64,000 nucleotides of DNA from Octopus vulgaris (GCA_951406725.2 OX597821.1:65720001-65784000); one strand, 5' to 3'; shown: positions 1-10,895, counted from the first letter of the stretch. Numbers and translations: made by a program. Notes: generated by a model not told the origin, from the letters alone.

Positions 1-24
1 ATTGCCTGTGTGGCAGTTGTTTGT
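1..24 (-). CDS. Sema2a: Semaphorin exon M (start of probable last coding exon): TNNCHTGN..., runs off the window
   Basis: Pyrimidine tract plus TTTCAG| at 25-26, phase 0, open frame. A Cys a few residues after the W, as in Sema-2 tails. Confidence 0.7.
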
Positions 25-196
25 CTGAAAAAGAGAGAGAGGAAAAAAAAAGGGAAAATAATTATATATTTATATATTTAGATTTGGATATGTTGAGTCA
101 TGTGTTAATTAATAATAATAATAATAATAATCATAATGAAGATGATAACAATGATGATGAAAATGCTTGTCATGGTAGTTGTAAGGGTGATAGTGT

Positions 197-380
197 TATC
201 ATCATCATCATTGTTTAACGTCTGCTTTCCATGCTGGCATGGGTTGGACGGATTGACTGAGGACTGGTGAACTATATGGCTGCACAAGGCTCCAATCTAG
301 ATCTGGCAGAATTTCTATAGCTGGATGCCCTTCCTAATGCCAACCACTCTGAGAGTGTAGTGGGTGCTTTTACATGTCAC
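197..380 (-). mobile_element. Retroposon family B ((GAT)n-tailed, LINE-3'-like)
   Basis: GTGGTTGGCATTAGGAAGGGCATCCAGCT...CCAACCCATGCCAGCATGGAAAGC.GACGTTAAAC(GAT)n. Many variably 5'-truncated copies. Confidence 0.8.
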
Positions 381-562
381 CAATAATGAGGATAATAATG
401 ATGATGATGAGAATACTTGTGATGGTGGTGATTGTAAGGATGATGGTGTCAATGATGATAACAATGATGATGATGAAAATGCTTGTGATGATGGTGATGA
501 TTTTCTTTATGCCAAGGATGAAACTGAGATATAAAAGTTGATAATGTTCATGATGATAAAGA

Positions 563-962
563 TACTCTTTTACTCGTTTCAGTCATTTGACTGTGGCCAT
601 GCTGGGGCACCACTTTTAGTCAAGCAAATCGACCCCAGGACTTATTCTTTGTAAGCCTAGTACTTATTCTATTGGTCTCTTTTGCCGAACCGCTAAGTTA
701 TGGGGACACAAACAAACCAGAATCGGTTGTCAAGCGATGTTGGGGGTGGTGGTGAGAAACACAAACATATAGACACACACACACATATATATATATATAT
801 ACTATGGGCTTCTTTCAGTTTCCGTCTACCAAATCCACTCACAAGGCTTTGGCCAGCCTGAGGCTATAGTAGAAGACACTTGCCCAAGGTGCCACACAGT
901 GGGACTGAACCCAGAACCATGTGGTTGGTAAGCAAGCTTACCACACAGTCACTCCTGTCCCT
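563..962 (-). mobile_element. tRNA-derived SINE family A, full length
   Basis: Head with A box (TGACTGTGTGG) and B box (GGTTCAGTCCC), CCTTGGGCAAGT segment, internal (TA)/(TG) tract, GTAAAAGA tail. Many related copies in the window. Confidence 0.85.
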
Positions 963-1174
963 ATGATGATGATAATAATAATTAAGATGAAGATAACAAT
1001 GTTTGTTCATGGTAATAATGACAATAATATGCAATGATCACAGTGATGATTACGATGGTGAAAGCAATAGTGTTGGTAGTAGTAGAAGCAGTAGTGGTGG
1101 TGGTGGTGGTGGTGGTGGTGGTGGTGATGCAGCAATAAAGACAATGATGGCGAATTTAAAAGCAAGACACTTAC

Positions 1175-1263
1175 CCATTTGTCACGTTCTCTTTTGTAAT
1201 CCTCAAATAAGTCGCACCATTCTTGGAACTTCAGCATCCAATCTTTCTCAATATCTTCCTTGC
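1175..1263 (-). CDS. Sema2a: Semaphorin exon L (class-2 C-terminal helix): GKEDIEKDWMLKFQEWCDLFEDYKRERDKW
   Basis: Acceptor TTTCAG|GC, donor TGG|GTAAGT; 89 nt, phase 1 to 0. Matches the WC..FE.YK...W tail of invertebrate Sema-2 proteins. Confidence 0.88.
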
Positions 1264-1342
1264 CTGAAAAATAAATGAATAAAGATAAAACATACATACA
1301 CACATACATACATACATACAGGCATACACATACACATATATG

Positions 1343-1722
1343 TTGAGTTCGGTCACCCACTTCATTGATGACCTTCTGGAACTTGGAATCATCTGCAATG
1401 ATTCTTATGTTGCTGTGCTTGATGATGTCAGTAATGTCATTGATGCAGATGATGAGAAGAAGTGGGCCCAACACAGTGCCTTGTAGAACACCACTACTGA
1501 CTTGGGCTGAGATTGAGTTTACTCCTTCGACTCCAATGTGTTGGTTGTCTGTCTGTCAGGAAACAATCGATCCATTGTAGTAACTTTCCAAGGACACCAA
1601 TGCTGGATAGTCTTTTTTTTCACGAGAATCTTATGATCAACCCTGTCAAAGGCCTTGCTGAAATCAAGGTAGATGACATCAGTGTTGGAGCCCTCTCCCA
1701 AAGCTCTCAAAATGTCATCAAA
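1343..1722 (-). mobile_element. CR1/Jockey-group LINE reverse-transcriptase fragment, frameshifted
   Basis: DVIYLDFSKAFDRVDHKIL, GV.QGTVLGPLL.II.INDI and IADDSK motifs. Confidence 0.85.
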
Positions 1723-2025
1723 GCGATACATACATAACTATAAGAGAGAATCCACTATGTGGATGTTCTTACGCTAGATATAGATCCGCAAAGGGAATCG
1801 ACCACCAAGAATTGTTCTCAAAAAATAATTCAACACACCAAGAGCATGAACATACATATATATATATATATATACACACACATACATACACACCCACCCA
1901 AACATACATATACACACACACAAACATACATACACATATACATATCATCATCATCATCATCGTTTAACGTCCGTTTTCCGTGCTAGCACGGGTTGGACGG
2001 TTCGACCGGGGTCTGGGAAGCCAGG

Positions 2026-2284
2026 ACCCAACACTGTGCCTTGTGGAACACCACTACTGACTTGGGCTGAGCTTGAGTTTACTTCTTCAACTACAATGTG
2101 TTGGGTTCTGTCTGTCAGGAAACACTTGATCCATTGTAGTAACTTTCCAAGGACACCAATGCTGGATAGTCTTTTTTTTTCACGAGAATCTTATGATCAA
2201 CCCTGTCAAAGGCCTTGCTGAAATCAAGGTTGATGACATCAGTGTTGGAGCCCTCTCCCGAAGCTCTCAAAACGTCATCAAATT
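2026..2284 (-). mobile_element. Second copy of the same LINE RT fragment
   Basis: Near-identical to about 1468-1722; DVINLDFSKAFDRVDHKIL, GVPQGTVLG. Confidence 0.85.
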
Positions 2285-2352
<68 letters not shown>

Positions 2353-2378
2353 CACATACACACACACAAACATACATA

Positions 2379-2581
2379 TTCTTTTTTATTTGTTTCAGTC
2401 ATTTGACTGCAGCCATGCTGGAGCACCGCCTTCAGTTGAGCAAATCGACCCAGGACTTTTTCTTTCTAAGCCTAGTACTTATTCTATCGGTCTCTTTTGT
2501 CGAACCCCTAAGTGACGGGGATGTAAACACACCAGCACCGGTTGTCAAGCAATGTTGGGGGGGACAAACATAGACATACAT

Positions 2582-2646
<65 letters not shown>

Positions 2647-2735
2647 TATATGATGGGCTTCTTTCAGTTTCCATCTACCAAATCCACTCACAAGGCTTTA
2701 GTTGGCCCAAGGCTATAGTAGAAGACACTTGCCCA
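2379..2735 (-). mobile_element. SINE family A, 5'-truncated
   Basis: Matches 563-962. Confidence 0.8.
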
Positions 2736-2946
2736 ATAGGTCTAAAGCAGCTTCTGATACAAAAGATGTTCATGCAGAGAGCAGCACAAGCAACCAGTTG
2801 GCAAACAATTTCAAGTGGGTTGACTTTCTAGGTTCTGAAACCCATGGTGATCCCTAAGACTAAAAGAGGCCCCTACAGAAATGGATAGGGCCTAAAATAC
2901 AACAACAATAACAAAATGTAATCAATAAAAAAACCCAGTAACTGAC

Positions 2947-3192
2947 CTTTGCGTATGTTAACAATGTATTGTGAAACTACTGCGTTGTGTCGGTCTTCCG
3001 CCTGGTAGTGGCCTTGGTGACCAATGTGAATGTTTTGTAGAATTAGTGAATTATCTTGTGCCATTAAGTACTCATTACCGGGACAAAGTACTGTCTCGTT
3101 TTTTTTCCATTTTACTGGGCCTTCAACACAGATTTTGTAGCTTAATCTTAGTCGGAACGATGTCCCAACAGATACATTTACAGTACGAGATT
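2947..3192 (-). CDS. Sema2a: Semaphorin exon K (Ig-like domain): ESRTVNVSVGTSFRLRL...VKWKKN...LILQNIHIGHQGHYQA...YIVNIRK
   Basis: Acceptor TTCCAG|AA, donor G|GTCAGT; 246 nt, phase 1 to 1 (typical Ig exon). C-strand W, E-strand L.L, F-strand G.Y. Confidence 0.9.
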
Positions 3193-3345
3193 CTGGAAAT
3201 AAAAAGAAGTTTGTAGAAAGTTCAACAGGAAGACAAATAAACAGCTTGATGAATTGTGAAACAAACAAAGAAATACGGACTCAGTTGCTACTAAAACATA
3301 CATAGTTATTATCGCCATAATTTTAGTGCTCACATTTCAATGCTC

Positions 3346-3405
<60 letters not shown>

Positions 3406-3964
3406 TAATAATAATAATAATCATCATCATCAGTCATCATCATCATCATCTACTTCTTCATTTAACATCCATTTCCATACTGGCATGGGTTGAATGTGAA
3501 AACACAAATAAAGTTCCTTCCCTATAAACTTAAGGGGCCAATTTCCCCGGTTTCAATGGCGTATGTATTCTCCACCTGAATGGGACACCAGTCCTTTACA
3601 GGATTACTCATTTTTGCCAGCTGAGTGGACTGGAGCAACATGAAACAGTGTTTTCCTCAAGGACATTGCCCATTGTCCGGTCCAAGAATCAAAACTGCAA
3701 GCTTACAATCATGAAACCAACACCCTAGCCACTAAGCCACGCACCTCCACCTAATGCTTGAATGGGTTGGACAGAATTTGTTGAGGAAGATTTCTGATAG
3801 CTGGATGCCCTTCAAGTCACAAACCCTTACCTGTTTCCAAGTAATGGAAGATTTTCCAGTGACCAGAATAACTGGAAAAGAAGGACCCTGTTTGCATGGT
3901 GGTGACACTTGTTTACGACTATCACATGATGTCAAGGAAAGAAAACAGTTACACGTGCACACAT

Positions 3965-4280
3965 GCATGGCATAATGGTTAGGGTATTTGGCTCATCATC
4001 ATAAGGTCATGAGTTCAATCCCAAGCAGCACATCGTGTCCTTGAGCAAGGCACTTTATTTCACATTGCTCAAGTCTACACAGCTGGCAAAAATGAGCAGT
4101 ACCTGTATTTCAAAGGGCCAGCCTTGTCAAATTTTGCACCATGCTGAATCCCCAGCAGAACTACATTATGGGTCCGTGTGTCAATGGAGTGCTCAGCCAC
4201 TTACACATTAATTTCATGAGCTGGCTGTTTCATTGATCATATCAATGGGAACCCTAACCCTTATAGCCAACTGAATGCCC
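3965..4280 (+). mobile_element. tRNA-derived SINE family D
   Basis: TGGCATAATGG A box, GAGTTCAATCCC B box, CCTTGAGCAAGGCACTTTATTTCAC segment. Copies at 19459-19748, 29210-29522, 30053-30710 (two), 46180-46430, 47715-48048 and 62065-62253. Confidence 0.8.
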
Positions 4281-4649
4281 ATTCAGTTTATATCATCATC
4301 ATCATCATCGTTTAACGTCCGTTTTCCATGCTAGCATGGGTTGGAATTTAGTTGAGCAAATGGACCCCAGGAGTTATTCTTTGTAAGCCTAGTACTTACT
4401 CTATCGGTCTCTTTTGATACGAAATAGAGAGTGAGGTGGAGGAATGAAAATGGATGTGAGATATGCAGGGATATTGTATATGTAGATCCATTATTTAGGC
4501 AGAATAGTATACATGTAAGATTCCAATACCTTATGAGTAAAATCCAATACTATTTAAAATTGGTCATTCCAAGTATACAGTTTATACACGGTGTTACTGA
4601 ATCAAGGGTTTTATTCAAATTGACCTAAAAGATATATATACCAACTCAC

Positions 4650-4729
4650 CATATAATGGCTCTTCTATAACATGGGCCATAGCTTCTTTAAAAGGCATAT
4701 TTGCTGGAACATCTTTGAATGTCCTCAAT
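4650..4729 (-). CDS. Sema2a: Semaphorin exon J (PSI-Ig linker): RLRTFKDVPANMPFKEAMAHVIEEPLY
   Basis: Acceptor CTTCAG|A, donor G|GTGAGT; 80 nt, phase 2 to 1, exactly the phases needed to join exons I and K. Not in the ORF track. Confidence 0.85.
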
Positions 4730-4802
4730 CTGAAGAGGAAGAAGAAAAGGAAATTACATTTTAATGACAATCAATTACATTGCTATCGCTCACTTTCATA
4801 CT

Positions 4803-5135
4803 CACTTTAGTCGAGCAAATCAACCCCAGGACTTATTCTTTGTCAGCCTGGTACTTATTTATTGGTCTCTTTTGCCAAACCACTAAGTTACGGGGACGTA
4901 AACACACCAGCATCAGTTGTCAAGCGAGGTTGGGGGGACAAACATACACACACACACACACACATATATATACGACAGGCTTCTTTCAGTTTCCATCTAC
5001 CAAATCCACTCACAAGGCTTTGGTCTGCCTGATGCTTTAGTAGAAGACACTTGCCCAAAGTGCCACACAATGGGACTGAACCTAGGACCATGTAGCTAGG
5101 AAGCAAGCTACTTACGACACAGCCACTCTTGTGCC
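4803..5135 (-). mobile_element. SINE family A
   Basis: Matches 563-962. Confidence 0.8.
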
Positions 5136-5261
5136 TAGTAATGAAGTATCTTGCTCAAGGACACAGTGTAATGTCTGATACAGGAATTGAACTCACAGCC
5201 TTTAGACAATAAGCCAAATACCTTAAGAACAAAGCCACAAGATTTTACTAAAGGTGATATT

Positions 5262-5371
5262 AACAGTACCTAGGTTTCCAATGCAGCCAATCATTAATTT
5301 ATAAACCTTGGCTCAACAACACTTAACTTTAATGATTGGATGAGAGCCAATGCTTTCAAACAATATGGGTC
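5262..5371 (-). pseudogene. Decayed 5S rRNA copy (pseudogene or 5S-derived SINE head)
   Basis: Reverse complement CCATATTGTTTGAAAGCATTGGCTCTCATCCAATCATTAAAGTTAAG...GGAAACCTAGGTACTGT aligns by eye over about 110 nt with metazoan 5S rRNA; many differences are CpG-type transitions. Confidence 0.65.
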
Positions 5372-6056
5372 TATGCTCTGCCTGTCTATCCATCTACAAA
5401 GCTAGTCATTATTTTTCCTTTACTTACCTACACTCAGTGTGTTATTCTCGGCGATTTTAAGGCAGTAAAAAAGACTTTAACATCTATTTCTAGCAGTGTG
5501 TGGTGAGGCATTGGGCTGATCCTTTGTTATAATTATGTATATAATTATATGATATTTTGTAACTACAAAGCTAGATAGTTAATTTGTTACCAAATTCAGT
5601 CACAAGGAATTAGTGAGCACAATGATATTCTAGGAAACAGTTCCATGAGGTATTACATTGTGGGATGGAACCACACCACAAGGTCATGAAACAAACTTCT
5701 AAACCATATTACACACACATATACATAAAGTAGAAAATTGGTATCAGAGAATGGGGCATAGTACATAGTAAGCAGTTCTCAAAAGAACTGGCTATCAGTT
5801 CATTTAGTAATTAAATTGTGATGTAGTTTAACTTGTCCATACAACTGAAAATCAAGGATATACAACTGGTAGATATTTCCATGAGGAGTAAATAAGAATC
5901 ATAAAATCAGGAGATATGAGAGATGAATAAAGATTGAGGATTTCCAGAGGATTACAGCTGTTTTGTAATCTCAGTGTAGTAGTATTGATTTTAATCTTCC
6001 AAATTATACACATACATTTCATGTCAATATATATATATATACACACACATATATAT

Positions 6057-6088
<32 letters not shown>

Positions 6089-6540
6089 TTCATCATCAGA
6101 TACAAAATCAAGTCCTCCAATGCCTCCTCTCCTCTCAAAAGACTTTCGTCTTGCAAGTTATTTAGTGACCCTGTCAGTGCCACTTAAAAAGGATCCAGTC
6201 CACACTGGAAAATGGTTGGCACTTGGAAGGGCATCCAGCTGTAAAAACTGTGCCAAAACTGACCTTGCCTGTACTTGTGCCACACTAATTACAACGGACC
6301 TTCAGTTTTTCTAAGTCCAGTGAAAAAACACCCGGAAGGTTGGGACTCTAACCTGGCCTTTCATGATACCCTTAAAGCCAAGAACTTTACATCATCCACT
6401 CATAAAGGTCATGCCATGAGATCGAACCTGGAACTAGCCGTTTGGCAATTCTGAAGCAAATTTCTCAAATATCACACCACCATGCTATTACTTCAGTTCT
6501 TTAAATTTGATAGAAAATATTTCAAGTGTTGACTACTCAC

Positions 6541-6701
6541 CTGAGATGAGAGGAACCTTGATTGTAAGGCATACATTTGTCATTTCTAGCCCATCCACAG
6601 TAGGGGTCATTAATACAAGCATCTGCTTTCTTGTATTGTTCACATGTCTCGACATTCACCTGTAATACTTTGGAATCTGTACTCAAATACAAGTAGTCTT
6701 T
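6541..6701 (-). CDS. Sema2a: Semaphorin exon I (end of Sema + PSI domain): KDYLYLSTDSKVLQVNVETCEQYKKADACINDPYCGWARNDKCMPY
   Basis: Acceptor TTCCAG|AAA, donor AG|GTGAGT; 161 nt, phase 0 to 2. DPYCGW PSI motif. Confidence 0.94.
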
Positions 6702-6771
6702 CTGGAAAAGAGAACGAAAATTGAAAAAAAAAAAAAAATTAAGTGAAATGAAATTATTAAAAAATGGCATC

Positions 6772-7002
6772 AACGACGACGAAGAAGAAGAAGAAGAAGA
6801 AGAAGAAGAAGAAGAAGAAGAAGAAGAAGAAGAAGAAGAAGAAGAAGAAGAAGAAGGAGAAGAAAGAGAAGAAAGAGAAGAAGAACAACAACAGAAGAAG
6901 AAAGAGAAGACAGAAGAAAGAGAAGAACAACAAACAGAAGAGGAAGAAAAAGAAAAAGAAGAGGAAGAAAAGAAAGAGGAGGAGAAAAATTGAAGAAGAA
7001 GA
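6772..7002 (+). repeat. (GAA)n and degenerate purine tract
   Basis: About 25 perfect GAA units followed by a degenerate A/G-rich run. Confidence 0.95.
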
Positions 7003-7409
7003 AATTTTATAGGTTACAGGACATGGAGGATGCATGCTACTTCAAGCAACAGTTTTTTTTGCCTGTTTATGAAACTCTAAAAGGTTACACTAAAAATAAA
7101 CAAATCATATCATTGAAATCTCAAAGCTATGAGATAATGCACGATTAATTCAAAACAAGGCCAGATCCAGCCTCTCACACCTACCCTACAATGTCATAGA
7201 AATAAACAATCATATCATGGAAATTTGAAGCTACAAGATAATGTCTGATTAATTCAAAACAATCTCTGTTACATGTTTCAATCATTTGACTGTGGCCATG
7301 TTGGAGCAAAGTCAGCTGAAGTGTTTTGCTCTAGAACACAACACACCATCAGGTCTAGGAATTGAAACCATAATCTTGTGATTTCACCGTGATCTCTACC
7401 TAGCATAAT

Positions 7410-7809
7410 GTTTGTGGTGGGAAACTTGCTTCCCAGCCACATGGTTCCAGGTTCAGTCCCACTGTGTGGCACCTTGGGTAAGTGTCTTCTACTAAAGCCT
7501 CGGGCCGACCAAAACCTTGTGAGTGGATTTGGTAGACAGAAACTGAAAGAAGCCCATCGTATATATATGCATCTATATATATGTATGTATGTGAGTGTAC
7601 ATATGCTTCTGTGTCTGTATTTGTCCCCCCAACATCACTTGGCAACCGATGCTGGTGTGTTTATGTCCCGGTAACTTAGCGGTTCGGCAAAAGAGACCAA
7701 TAGAATAAGTACTAGGCTTACAAAGAATAAGTCCTGGGGTCGATTTGCTCGACTAAAGGCGATGCTCCAGCATGGTCACCGTCAAATGACTGAAACAAGT
7801 AAAAGAGTA
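7410..7809 (+). mobile_element. SINE family A
   Basis: B box GGTTCAGTCCC, body and GTAAAAGAG tail. Confidence 0.85.
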
Positions 7810-8430
7810 TAATCCCGGAGTTGATTTGTTCAACAAAAAAACCATTCAGTCTGGTGCCCCAGCATGGCCGCAGTCAAATGGACTGAAACATGTAAAGAAA
7901 TAAAAGATGAAAAAGATTTAACAGCCAAGTAGACTATGGCCATCTTGCTGACCTCTAATATCCATTCAGAGTAATATTTCACATAAATGTTGAACATTTA
8001 TCAGTTACGATGCTCTACAAGGTAGTTTGATCGCTGACCACTGTTATCAATTTAGAATGGAATTCAATATGAAAAGGTTGACAATGTGTGTATGATGCTT
8101 GTTTTTTATCTTATTTTCCACAGAATACAAAATAATACACATGACAGAATATCTTTAACATTATTATTATTGTTGTCGTTAGAGTTGTATATTTTATGAG
8201 TTTTTCTTTTGCAATTACTATGTTGATGTATTAGCAGATATTTCTTTGTGTGTGTGTGTGTTTGTGTGTATGTGTGTGTGAGTGTGTGTGTGGGTGTGTC
8301 TGAGAGGGAGAGAGAGAGAGAGAGAGACTTTGGTGGAAGCTTGCTCAACTTCAGTAATGAGTGCACTGATAAATAACATTCAGGTCATTGGAAAAAAAGA
8401 GAACATATATACATGCATGTGTGTATGGTA

Positions 8431-8503
<73 letters not shown>

Positions 8504-9260
8504 ATGAGTATATTTATATACAGATGCATCTGTATGTGTGTGTGTATATATATATGCAGGTGTATGTATATATATGTATGAATATATTTATTTACACATA
8601 AATGTACAAGCTTATATATTTCATATATATATATTTCATATATATATATTTTTATATATAAATATTTATATATATATATATAAATAAATATATATATATA
8701 TAAATAAATATATATATATATAAATATCTCTCTATATATAAATGAATAAATATATATATATATATATATATGAAATAAGAAATGAAAAAGAGTAAACATT
8801 TCTACAAATATAAAGTGTCTCTTTCATAAATAATAACTCAAGCAGAATTATTTGATTTACCAAATTATTTGCTTTACTAAACAGTGGCTGTTGCAAGGTT
8901 TCTACACATAACCTTATACTTACAAGACCATTACCAACCTCACCACATAAATATGGCAATTTTTTACTAACTGAATCACTATTATTTTCATGTCTTCATT
9001 CACCATTTTTATTTTGCTTTATGCTACACACAGGAGCCGGTGTGGCTGTGTGGTTAAGAAGTTTGATTTGTATCCATGCACTTTCCAGGTTTTTGGTTCA
9101 GTCCTACAGTGTGGCATCTTAGATAAGTGTTTTTTTTACTACAGCACCTGTCTGGTTGATGCCATGTAAGTAAATCTGGTAAACAGAAACTGAAAGAAGC
9201 CCAATGTAATTATAAACAGGGCAAATTTTAGCCATTTCCCTGCAGACTGAAAAAAATGAA

Positions 9261-9312
9261 GAACAACCTTAATTGATTTTCGAACCTTATTGGGATCTCA
9301 TCAGAGGCATCC
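9261..9312 (-). ncRNA. Minimal type-I hammerhead ribozyme motif
   Basis: Minus strand: GCCT CTGATGA GATCC CAATAA GGTTC GAAA ATCAATT A AGGT. Intact core and stems I/II/III, UUA cleavage triplet. Confidence 0.65.
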
Positions 9313-9513
9313 AAGTCATTCTGACAGCCTCCAGAGAAACAAGCAGCCAAACTGTTTATATAATCAACAAATGCAGCAGTTACTCTATGAAGGAGTTCCT
9401 AATTTGCATACTGAAAGTGCTTAACACACACACACACACACACATATATATATCATCATCATCATCATCGTTTGACGTCCACCTACAAATTTAGTGAATG
9501 GTATAGACAAAAT

Positions 9514-9606
9514 CCAAGCAACACATGTTTTCTAGCTAGCAAAATCTCAGAAGTAGTAATTGCCCAAACAAGGGTTCCTCTGCTAGCTACTCACCAGGTC
9601 AACTGG
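9514..9606 (-). ncRNA. Degenerate hammerhead motif with long stem II
   Basis: CTGGTGA G TAGCTAGCAGA...TTTGCTAGCTA GAAAAC ATGT GTT. One core substitution; homologous to 14631-14724. Confidence 0.45.
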
Positions 9607-9719
9607 TTTTTTTTTTTGCATACACAGCAAACCCAGTTGTTAATCATGAACTATAAATTAACTTTTTCCAGCTTAACGAATTTCAATATGGTGCAGGAAT
9701 GGCTGTGTGGTAAGTAGCT

Positions 9720-10540
9720 GGCACGCGAATTTGCGAGCTTCTTTGGGGGTGTCAAATAGCAACCACACCGTTGCATATTGGACCCCCAAAGAGATATATT
9801 TAATAGTTGGCATATATTTTTCCAACTGTTTTTCTATTAAATTTTTTTTGAAGACGGCGATGGTGTCGAGGGACTTGGAGTAAGTCCTCAATACCACCAT
9901 CTTCTTTTCAAATTCTTTCAACCATTTTTTTGGGTGGTGTAATCTCCCACTCCACAAGTTTCTCATTTTTCTTTGCCATGTTTAATTCAAGAAAAAAGTC
10001 CAAAGACAGTTGATAAAATTCAAATAATTAGAGAGTAAAAGGAGAAAGAAAGTTCCAACAAAAAGGAAGAAAAAGTAAAATAAACAGTTCAATAAAGGGT
10101 TCTAGAATGAAAGATAGAAGAAGAGAGCAACAGTTCAACATACAGCAAAAAAAAATCCTTAGGTCACAATGTATTCCCAGCCTTAACTTGAAACTGGAAC
10201 ACAGCTTCTCGTAGTTGTTGAAAAATTATTCCAAAAATATTTCACAAAGTTATTCTTCAACAGGAACAATTTCATTGAGAACAACACTATTCTCAAAGTA
10301 AGTTTAAGGGCAGGATATGCCCCCAAGCATTAATTCTCACAATTAAGTGAGAAAAACAAAATGCTCTACTGCAGGCAGACCAAAGCCCAGAATCCAGTGA
10401 GGACTCCTTGCTTGTACAAAAAATAAATTTCACAAACAACGAACCCCCACTGGACCCAAAAAGCAAAAAAGTCTTACCTTACAGTAGAGCCTCTTTCAGT
10501 AACAACTTTTGTCCGCTGCAAACCAGCGTGAAGAAAACTC
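9720..10540 (-). mobile_element. Possible LINE 5' UTR/ORF1 fragment
   Basis: Non-low-complexity ORF segment VVLRTYSKSL...IEKQLEKY...ATVWLLFDTPKEARKFA with an RRM-like pattern, truncated by a SINE head. Family not identified. Confidence 0.4.
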
Positions 10541-10767
10541 AACAACCAGAACTGGAAGCAAGCTTCTTATCACACAACCACTCCTGCATTTATATACTTT
10601 TAGAATGACATTGTAAGGTAGGTGTGAGAGGCTGGATCTGATCAGTTTGAACATAAAACTGATAGAATATTTAGGCCGGATACAGCCAGATTAAATGGTG
10701 AAATGGTTAGATCCATGCATTCTTTCAATAGTGAAGAATGCAATTCCCAAAGAGAAACAATACTTAC

Positions 10768-10895
10768 ATGCATTACCATGTTCCATATTGGCTGGGTTTC
10801 TGAAAATGGTGAATACACGGCAGACACTACTGCATAAGGTTTATCACGTGCATGTTCCATTGGTCGTTGGAAGATTTTGTAAACCTTGCCTTGAT
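10768..10895 (-). CDS. Sema2a: Semaphorin exon H: NQGKVYKIFQ...SETQPIWNMVMH
   Basis: Acceptor TTCCAG|AT, donor CAT|GTAAGT; 128 nt, phase 1 to 0. G.VYKI and PI..M motifs near the end of the Sema domain. Confidence 0.9.

Noticed and set aside
6721-7035. Poly-E / poly-K / poly-F ORFs
   Set aside because: They are frames of the (GAA)n tract.
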